Assembly (NCBI GenBank): GCA_046301755.1
Contig: JBKCJM010000056.1
Location: forward strand, 4,898 to 68,897
Origin: Cyclobacteriaceae bacterium
GTDB lineage: Bacteria; Bacteroidota; Bacteroidia; Cytophagales; Cyclobacteriaceae
Length of the DNA stretch: 64,000 bases
Direction: 5' to 3'
In this document: piece by piece, positions 9,403 to 16,269 of the stretch
Layout: each line of letters opens with the position of its first letter
Numbering within the stretch: the first letter of the stretch is position 1
The notes under the pieces: model-generated
What the model was told of the DNA's origin: nothing
Databases searched by the model: none
The model's input: only the letters and a program-made list of their open reading frames with translations
Made by a program: the position numbers and the translations under genes

Positions 9403-9472
9403 ACGGGTTTAGTTTTAACTCTCAGAGTTAAGGAAAAAGAGAAAAAGAACCTACTGGATTTTGGCAGGCGGT

Positions 9473-11311
9473 TCAGCGATTACCGATTTCGCGAAGCGCC
9501 CGGGCAAAGGCAACTTTTATCGCATGCCCATCGCGGTGATGTTGGCTCTTGACCACCCATCGGCCACCCACCAATGTGCCAATGTTGCGGCTCGAATCGG
9601 ATGTGTAGAGCAAGGTTGCTAGTCGGTTGCGGGCACTTGTAGCCGCCACCAGGTGTGCGCTGGAACTTACCACCAGGACATCCAACGGCTGACCCAACTC
9701 AACGTGATTTTGAGTGTGAATGCCCATAGCATTTCGCCCGTTGGCAACGGATTCGTTAATCAGGTAGTGTGCGGCATCGCCTGCGAATGTATTCCGTTTG
9801 TGAGTAATCAGGCGCTGACGATAATCAATCATCCGCAACTCCTCAAACGGATTAAGACCGATGTGGCTATCTGTACCAATACTCCACCGGCCACCCGCCT
9901 GCACGTATTCCTTCATCCGGAAAATACCATCACCGAGATTGCCTTCTGTGGAAGGGCACAACACCACGTTGGCTCTCGTTAAAGCCAACCTGCTCAGCTC
10001 ATCACTGTCCAGGTGAGTGGAATGCACGAGATGAAATCGCTCATTGACGGGCAGATGGTTTAAAAGCCATTGCATAGGTCGCTGGCCAGAAAAAGCAAGA
10101 CAGTCTTCCACTTCCTTTTTCTGTTCGGATACATGCAAATGAAAGGGTAACCCTTTCGGTCCTTGTTGATAGGTGCTAATCACATCCGGCAGGTCAACCG
10201 CACGAAGTGAGTGCACACTGAAGCCCAGGTGTGCGTCAGGAAAATTTTTTAAAGCTGCTTTCGATGCCTCCAGAAGTTTGAAGTACTCATCTACCGTTTT
10301 TGAAATAAATCTGCGCTGTCGCGGTTGGGGGTCCGTTCCAAAATTTCCTTTCTGGTAAAAAACCGGAATCAGCGTGATACGAATACCTGCTTGTGCAGCC
10401 GCGGCCAGCAGGCGTTCGCCCATTTCGGCACGGTGGGCGTAGGGCTTACCATCGGAGTCGTGATGCACATAATGAAACTCCGCCACGTGCGTGTATCCGT
10501 GACGGACCATTTCGGCATACAACATGGCAGCAATGGCCTGCATTTGATCGGGATTGATTGCCAGGGCACATTGATACATGGCTTCGCGCCATGTCCAGAA
10601 ATCGTCATCGACTCCTGCCGGATGATTCTCGGCCAGGCCCGCCATAGCATATTGAAAGGCGTGTGAGTGCGCATTCTGAAATCCGGGAAGAGCAAAGCCC
10701 GCGACAAACTCAATGGCGGTGGGCTCTGCTGGTGGTGTCTGTGAAAGATAGCGTATGATACCACTTTGATCTACACCCACATAAGCAGGAGAGATCCAAC
10801 CTTCGCGTTGGAGCAGGCCAGTGAATTGGAAGTATTTTACTCCCTCACCCCGGCCTCGTTCCTCGGCCACCCCGCTTCCCTGGGAGAGGGGCAGGGGTGA
10901 GGGAGTAACTCGCCTTGTGGCCTCCTCTGCGATTGTACTTAATACTTTCCCTGTATTTCTCAAAACTTCCTGATTCTCAAATCGGATAACACGTATACCG
11001 AATTCAGCCAAGTACTCGGTACGCTGCAGGTCATATTCTGCCTGTTGTGGGTTTCGATGCGCGCCTCCATCTACTTCAATCGCCAAACGCGCTTTTTCAC
11101 AATAGAAGTCTAAAATAAACCCTTCCAAAGGTTGTTGTCTGCGGAACTTGAATCCCGCAAGCTTACGATTGCGAAGGTTCTCCCATAAATGAGCTTCAGC
11201 CTCAGTAGGTTCCTTTCGCATCTCCCGCGCAAACGCTTTGATACCATCTGGAATACGATCTTGTGACCAGACCCTGACCTGTGGCTTTATTTCGTCTTTG
11301 ATCTCTCTCAT
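9473..11311 (-). CDS. hutF: formimidoylglutamate deiminase (HutF) carrying an in-frame N-terminal DUF559 module
   Basis: From residue 159 on the sequence reads YFQFTGLLQREGW..LPGFQNAHSHAFQYAMAGLAE. This is the HutF/amidohydrolase signature (compare the Pseudomonas-type NLHSHAFQRAMAGLAE). Residues 1-158 form a DUF559 domain plus a linker. Confidence 0.8.
   Translation of the reverse strand: MREIKDEIKPQVRVWSQDRIPDGIKAFAREMRKEPTEAEAHLWENLRNRKLAGFKFRRQQPLEGFILDFYCEKARLAIEVDGGAHRNPQQAEYDLQRTEYLAEFGIRVIRFENQEVLRNTGKVLSTIAEEATRRVTPSPLPLSQGSGVAEERGRGEGVKYFQFTGLLQREGWISPAYVGVDQSGIIRYLSQTPPAEPTAIEFVAGFALPGFQNAHSHAFQYAMAGLAENHPAGVDDDFWTWREAMYQCALAINPDQMQAIAAMLYAEMVRHGYTHVAEFHYVHHDSDGKPYAHRAEMGERLLAAAAQAGIRITLIPVFYQKGNFGTDPQPRQRRFISKTVDEYFKLLEASKAALKNFPDAHLGFSVHSLRAVDLPDVISTYQQGPKGLPFHLHVSEQKKEVEDCLAFSGQRPMQWLLNHLPVNERFHLVHSTHLDSDELSRLALTRANVVLCPSTEGNLGDGIFRMKEYVQAGGRWSIGTDSHIGLNPFEELRMIDYRQRLITHKRNTFAGDAAHYLINESVANGRNAMGIHTQNHVELGQPLDVLVVSSSAHLVAATSARNRLATLLYTSDSSRNIGTLVGGRWVVKSQHHRDGHAIKVAFARALREIGNR
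10837..10908. repeat. perfect 15-bp inverted repeat (TTACTCCCTCACCCC / GGGGTGAGGGAGTAA), 42-nt spacer, at the DUF559-hutF junction
   Basis: Read directly from the sequence; the arms are 10837-10851 and 10894-10908. When translated they give the mirrored peptide VTPSP...GEGV within the linker. Confidence 0.9.
10928..11224 (-). other. DUF559 (Vsr-like endonuclease fold) domain embedded in the hutF reading frame
   Basis: MRKEPTEAEAHLWENLRNRKLAGFKFRRQQPLEGFILDFYCEKARLAIEVDGGAH..YDLQRTEYLAEFGIRVIRFENQEV matches the DUF559 pattern (LW..L+.+...g.kFRRQ.p...yi.DF.c....l.iE.DG..H). Confidence 0.7.
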
Positions 11312-11340
11312 GTGTCAGCTGGGGTGTAGCAATCTACAGA

Positions 11341-12141
11341 CTACCTCAACATCTCAATCAACCGCTCGAAGGTCTGCTTCAACAGCGTTCTCATCTTCTC
11401 TGCCCTCGCACGATCGTACGCTTGTTCTGAATCGTCCATGTAATTCACTTTCGTCATCTCCAGTTGAAGAGCATGAACGTGTTCGGCCGGGCGGCCATAG
11501 GCGCGCGTGATGTAACCGCCTTTAAAAGGATGATTATGGCTCACCGAGTATTCGCTGTGCTCCAGCGAACTCAGGGCCGCCTCAATCAGGCCCGGGCTGG
11601 CTGAAATTCCGTCTGCATTTCCCAGAATGAGATCGGGAAACTTATCCTGACGAATGGTTGGCACGTGCTGCCGGATGGAGTGACAATCCCACAACAAGAC
11701 CTGGCCGAACTTTTCTTTAGTAGCAGCCAGCAACTGCTGTAGTTGCTGATGATAGGGAAGATAATAGTTCTGAACTCTGCGTTGAATTTCATCTGCTGTC
11801 ACTTCACCACGCCTGTCGACAAAAAGTGGCTCGCCCAGAAAGGTAGTAGAAGGGCAAAGGTCAGTGATGATGCGCCCATCTGTGTAGAGTGGCTTGCTTT
11901 GCGGATCGCGGTTCAAATCAATCACCCACCGTGAGTAATGTGCGTGGATCATGTCGATGCCCAGATCCGAGACGAAATCATACAACTCATGTACAAACCA
12001 ATCGGTGTCATCAGGAGCTGCAATCAGTTTTGGGTCGAAGTGCGAAACCAACTCCTCGGGGAACGCTGTGCCGCAATGGGGAACGCTGACAACAATAGGT
12101 ACTTGCAGAGCGGTGGGTTGCCGAATGTGGAAAGCCGGCAT
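11341..12141 (-). CDS. hutG: N-formylglutamate amidohydrolase
   Basis: MPAFHIRQP..IVVSVPHCGTAFPEE..DDTDWFV..RWVIDLNRDP is FGase-family. I chose the start at ATG 12141; the alternative is 12162. The gene lies directly upstream of hutF on the same strand. Confidence 0.8.
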   Translation of the reverse strand: MPAFHIRQPTALQVPIVVSVPHCGTAFPEELVSHFDPKLIAAPDDTDWFVHELYDFVSDLGIDMIHAHYSRWVIDLNRDPQSKPLYTDGRIITDLCPSTTFLGEPLFVDRRGEVTADEIQRRVQNYYLPYHQQLQQLLAATKEKFGQVLLWDCHSIRQHVPTIRQDKFPDLILGNADGISASPGLIEAALSSLEHSEYSVSHNHPFKGGYITRAYGRPAEHVHALQLEMTKVNYMDDSEQAYDRARAEKMRTLLKQTFERLIEMLR

Positions 12142-12148
12142 TGTTGTT

Positions 12149-12427
12149 CTATTTCGTTCCACGACACTTTGCGAGCGCTTCTTCTGCTTGTATCAAATGC
12201 TGTTGAGCCATCATGCGTTGCACCTCGGCCTCCCTTTGTGCAGCCATAGCCATTTCGCGCTGAACTGAAGCTACTTTTTCGGCTACCTGTAAACGCTCCA
12301 TAACTTCTTCGGCTAATTTTGATTGACGCTCTGCTTCAGCACGCTGAACGAAGCAAAAAACAATTGCTACCAACAAGCAAAAAAATAAAACGGCAATTAC
12401 AATTGCACCCGCAGTATTTGTTTTCAT
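12149..12427 (-). CDS. small membrane-anchored coiled-coil protein, unknown function
   Basis: One TM helix (AIVIAVLFFCLLVAIVFCFV) is followed by an A/E/Q/R-rich helix. Its ATG overlaps the upstream GH3 stop (ATGA at 12424-12427). Confidence 0.5.
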   Translation of the reverse strand: MKTNTAGAIVIAVLFFCLLVAIVFCFVQRAEAERQSKLAEEVMERLQVAEKVASVQREMAMAAQREAEVQRMMAQQHLIQAEEALAKCRGTK

Positions 12428-13641
12428 GATTTAGGTGATTTTTTCTTTTTCTTTTTTGTGGTGGGCTCTGGTCTCCTGGCTTCCTCCAGCTGCTGCCGCA
12501 AAGCAATGTTGTCGTTCATTGCCTTGATCCAAAGTTGCCGGTATTGCTCACCCGCCAGATCGTTCATGGAGGACTTCAGCTTTCGTATCCGCTGGTAGGA
12601 CTGATCAATCCGTTCGCGCGGAATTTCTCCTTTCAGCACGGCATCGCGAATAACACTGAATATCCAACCCGGCTTCTGTTTCAAGCTTCCGGGTACGTTG
12701 TTCGCAAAACATAAAACATCCACGCCCGCCAAAATGGCCAGCTTGATGCTTTCTTCAAAACCATACTGCTTCGTAATGGCTTCCATCTGCATATCATCCG
12801 AAAAAACAACTCCGTTGTAATTCAGCCGCTGGCGAAGCATACCACCTAATATCTGCCGCGAAAGCGTGCCGGGGAAGCCCGCTGTATCCAGCGCCTTATT
12901 CACAATGTGGCAACTCATGATGGCATCCACATGGCCCGATTGCAGCAGGGCCTGGTAAGGCTTCAGTTCGCGCTGTGTCCATGTGCGGGTAACATCGGCA
13001 ACACCAAAATGGGAGTCGGTGGTAGAGGAGCCGTGGCCGGGAAAGTGCTTGAGCACCGTTACGACATCAAACTTGCGATGTTGCTCAATGAACTCGCGCG
13101 CCCAGAACGTTACACTGTCTTCGTTGGCCGAATACGATCGGCCGCTCTTCACAATCACCGGGTTGGTAGGCTCAACGGCCACATCTACACAAGGTGCAAA
13201 ATTCACGTTGAAACCCAGGCCAGCGAGCGTGGCTGCCGTGGCCTCCCCATAAAAACGGGCCGAGTCCAGCGACTTTGCCTTGCCGGTGGCTTCAGCCGTG
13301 ATTGAACGGGTGAACCCATATTTCTCTTTCAAGCGATTGACGCGGCCACCCTCCTGATCGATCGCCACAAACAAAGGCGCAGGCGCAACCTTTTGGTATG
13401 ACCAGATTATTTTTTTTAGATCCGCGAAGGCGCTGGCTTTCTTCGGAATATTTTTTTCAAACAAAATAATTCCGCCAACCCGGCCAGACTTTACTGCCTC
13501 AAAAACAAGTGTATCAACATCTGCCCGGGGTATGCCCATTAACACCATTTGCCCGATTTTAAAGTCGAGGCTGTCGCGCAATTGTGCGGTTGCATGGCCT
13601 GTTATCCCGGCCAGCACAAATGGTAAAAAAATCTTCTTCAT
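12424..13641 (-). CDS. glycoside hydrolase family 3 N-terminal-domain protein (beta-N-acetylhexosaminidase, NagZ-like), secreted
   Basis: Signal peptide MKKIFLPFVLAGITGHATAQ. GH3 motifs IDQEGGRVNRL, KHFPGHG and VVFSDDMQM are present. The C-terminus is a coiled-coil extension ending in KKKKKKSPKS. Confidence 0.8.
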   Translation of the reverse strand: MKKIFLPFVLAGITGHATAQLRDSLDFKIGQMVLMGIPRADVDTLVFEAVKSGRVGGIILFEKNIPKKASAFADLKKIIWSYQKVAPAPLFVAIDQEGGRVNRLKEKYGFTRSITAEATGKAKSLDSARFYGEATAATLAGLGFNVNFAPCVDVAVEPTNPVIVKSGRSYSANEDSVTFWAREFIEQHRKFDVVTVLKHFPGHGSSTTDSHFGVADVTRTWTQRELKPYQALLQSGHVDAIMSCHIVNKALDTAGFPGTLSRQILGGMLRQRLNYNGVVFSDDMQMEAITKQYGFEESIKLAILAGVDVLCFANNVPGSLKQKPGWIFSVIRDAVLKGEIPRERIDQSYQRIRKLKSSMNDLAGEQYRQLWIKAMNDNIALRQQLEEARRPEPTTKKKKKKSPKS

Positions 13642-13649
13642 CAAGAGAA

Positions 13650-14936
13650 TCAATAATGATCGCGAATGTAGGTCAGCAACGACTGCATCCACGTTCGCAC
13701 GTCATTGCTGCTTTGCGTAAAGTTAGCATTCATCAGGGCAAACACGAGCGTTTTGTTTTTCCGCGTAATGAGGTAGCCACTCAGGGAGTGGTTGTTCGCC
13801 AGGCTACCCGTTTTTCCAAAAATAAAAGGCGGATTTGCGGCATACCAGTTGCGGAGCGTACCTGGCTGCCCGCCAATGGCCAGCAGCGGAAAGAGGCGTT
13901 GCCGCGGATAGGTCTCCAGCAGTTTCTCCCACACGCGCACCAGGTTTCGGGGCGTGTTCAGGTTGTAGCGCGATAACCCGGAACCATCAACCCACACGGT
14001 CTTGTCGGGCAGGTCGCGCAACTGATTCTTTACCAGGTAGTCGATCGCAATTCGGGTTTGCAGCGTATCGGAAATTTCACCGGCACATGCCAGCAGCAGT
14101 TGCTCGGCCAGGAAGTTATCGCTTTGCTTCATCATCACGGAGTAGACACTATCGGCCGGTGTGGTCCATAACGTTCCCGCATTGGGCATAAGTGACTTTC
14201 TCACGGGTATGATCGGCCTGTGGATTGTGTCCATCATTAATCGTGTGATTATGCTATCATCGGCCCGGAACGGAATGATCCAATTCGGGATGTTTCGGGC
14301 TCCGCGCTTTACCACCACTGCGTTAGCATCGCCATTGGGTCTAAATACTTCTGTGCGGCCGTTGCCAACCTCCTCACGCAAGAACTTCTCAAAATGGTCG
14401 GGCACTACCTGAACCCCTTGCGGCTCCACTTTAATCTCCATCACGTTGCCGAATGCCGGCAGCGCAGAGCGTTCGGGCGAGTAGGAGGCATTAAAATCAT
14501 CCCAGGCCCAGCCAGGCCCAAAACGCTCCTCCTGAAAATTGGACGAGGAAAAGTAAATTGGCTGGGTAGCGGTGGTCAGAAAAGAATAAACCGGGTTGTG
14601 TGCGTTGACCTGATTGTAAAACAACGTGGGGTCACCCGTTCCCCAAATAATCAGTGAATCTCCTGTGTTTGCGTACTTCAATGCTGGAATGGAATCGCCC
14701 AGCAGCGTGAGGCTGGCAAACAGTGTAAGAATTTTCGTGTTGGAGGCTGGCGTGAAGTACCGCGATGCCTGGTGATCAGCCAGTACGTTCCGGGTGGCGG
14801 GGTCGTACAGGTAAAAACCAATATGATCCTGAAAGCGACTTTCGGCCGAGCGAATATCGCGGGTTATAAATCGCTGCGGGCTGCAGGCCGACAAACCCGC
14901 CAAGATGATCAGCGCGGTCAGCCTCATCCCATCCAC
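13650..14936 (-). CDS. dacB: D-alanyl-D-alanine carboxypeptidase/endopeptidase, PBP4 (peptidase S13)
   Basis: The SxxK motif is in TPASNTKILT, the SxN motif in KQSDNFLAEQ and the KTG motif in FGKTGSL. The N-terminus is lipoprotein-like (LAGLSACS). Confidence 0.8.
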   Translation of the reverse strand: MDGMRLTALIILAGLSACSPQRFITRDIRSAESRFQDHIGFYLYDPATRNVLADHQASRYFTPASNTKILTLFASLTLLGDSIPALKYANTGDSLIIWGTGDPTLFYNQVNAHNPVYSFLTTATQPIYFSSSNFQEERFGPGWAWDDFNASYSPERSALPAFGNVMEIKVEPQGVQVVPDHFEKFLREEVGNGRTEVFRPNGDANAVVVKRGARNIPNWIIPFRADDSIITRLMMDTIHRPIIPVRKSLMPNAGTLWTTPADSVYSVMMKQSDNFLAEQLLLACAGEISDTLQTRIAIDYLVKNQLRDLPDKTVWVDGSGLSRYNLNTPRNLVRVWEKLLETYPRQRLFPLLAIGGQPGTLRNWYAANPPFIFGKTGSLANNHSLSGYLITRKNKTLVFALMNANFTQSSNDVRTWMQSLLTYIRDHY

Positions 14937-15448
14937 GGCTTGCCCTGATAGCGCTCGGTAAGCACCCTGCGGTGATGTATTTCGTGGCCGGCAATGATGA
15001 AGCCTAATGCGAGCACCGATACCTCATTCTTGTTGGCCGTCCCCTTGCGGGTGAGCATTTCTTCGTTAAATCCGTCAAACAAATCGACCGTAGATGCGCG
15101 GAGGTGCACCATCTCGGCCGCGATTTTCTTCAGCGAGCGTCCGGTGGCGTTGGCTTCCGGAGCATAGCTGTTTTCGTCAAATGCCGACAGTGGAGTTCTA
15201 TCATTGCGCGCAAACCGCAACGCGCGATAGGCGAAAATCCGTTCGGCATCCAGCGTGTGACACAAAACTTCGCGCACTGTCCATTTGCCTTCCTCATACC
15301 TGAAATCCGCTTTATCCTCGGGCCAGGCGTGAACCCACTCAACCATCCGGTTGCCGGACACACGCAATGCCTGAATTACATTGCTTTCCTCAACCAGCTT
15401 GACATAATTCTTGTAAAAGGGCGGGATTGACTCTAAGTTGATCAACAT
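14924..15448 (-). CDS. DinB-family (DinB_2) protein
   Basis: The four-helix DinB pattern is present: KWTVREVLCHTLDAERIF..RAL and AGHEIHHRRVL. Confidence 0.8.
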   Translation of the reverse strand: MLINLESIPPFYKNYVKLVEESNVIQALRVSGNRMVEWVHAWPEDKADFRYEEGKWTVREVLCHTLDAERIFAYRALRFARNDRTPLSAFDENSYAPEANATGRSLKKIAAEMVHLRASTVDLFDGFNEEMLTRKGTANKNEVSVLALGFIIAGHEIHHRRVLTERYQGKPWMG

Positions 15449-15453
15449 ATCAA

Positions 15454-16221
15454 TCAGAATTCGGTGAAGATGGTATCGGGCAACGACTCATTCACTTGCA
15501 CCCGCTTGGGTCCACCACTATCGGACCGGTCGGCCGACAATAAAATGGTGCCGTACTTCTGGTAATTATCCCATGGGCGAACAAAATTAGCTGAGTCACT
15601 TGCAGCAACCTCATAATAGGCCCAGTGGCGAATGAGTTTGTCGTGGATGTCGACATACAGCTTGTACTTGTTTTCCGGGGTTCGTCCAACATTTTGAAAC
15701 GTAAGCTGCAGTACGTTGTAATACTGCTTGTTGTCAAGTGTATCCTGCCCCAGGTACTTCAAGGTAACTCCGGTGTCTTTCAGTTTAAACGGCATCACCA
15801 GCCAGTATGAGTCGTTGATCCAAATGTTTTTTGCCCGTTCGAGCATTTTCTTTTTCAGCGAATCGGGTTCCGTGAGTTCCTGACCTTTTACCTGCACGCG
15901 GCCTTCGCCTGTATTGATGTTCACCAAATAGATCGTGCTGTCCGGTTTACTTTCAATGCGAACACGACCTGTGTGCTTGTCCCACACAAGGTCGCGTCTG
16001 TCAAAAAAATTCCAGGAAATGAATCGTGTGTTGTCCCACGCCTCGCGGCCGCCCATGGCGTGCATGATGCTATCGGCCAGATCAATCGCGGCAGCATCTG
16101 AGTTGGCAAAATCAAAACCTTCAGCAGCCGGGTTCAGTTCGCCCAGTGTTTTCTGCTTCGGCCCGCAACTCGCCAACAAAATGGCCGTGCAAGCGACAAT
16201 AAACAAGTTGCGGAATTGCAT
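15454..16221 (-). CDS. lipoprotein of unknown function
   Basis: Lipobox in MQFRNLFIVACTAILLASCGPK, counted from the internal ATG at 16221. I recognise no family motif. Confidence 0.6.
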   Translation of the reverse strand: MQFRNLFIVACTAILLASCGPKQKTLGELNPAAEGFDFANSDAAAIDLADSIMHAMGGREAWDNTRFISWNFFDRRDLVWDKHTGRVRIESKPDSTIYLVNINTGEGRVQVKGQELTEPDSLKKKMLERAKNIWINDSYWLVMPFKLKDTGVTLKYLGQDTLDNKQYYNVLQLTFQNVGRTPENKYKLYVDIHDKLIRHWAYYEVAASDSANFVRPWDNYQKYGTILLSADRSDSGGPKRVQVNESLPDTIFTEF

Positions 16222-16269
16222 AAAATAGCGTTTTGGGGTGTGGTGCAAGGTAACAAAAAATACCTCGTT

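Noticed and set aside
9415-9431. Palindrome TTAACTCT-C-AGAGTTAA between the hutF stop and the BNR-protein start
   Set aside because: The palindrome is real in the sequence, but it is AT-rich with no U-tract, so I do not call it a terminator. There is no second copy in the window to support an operator call.
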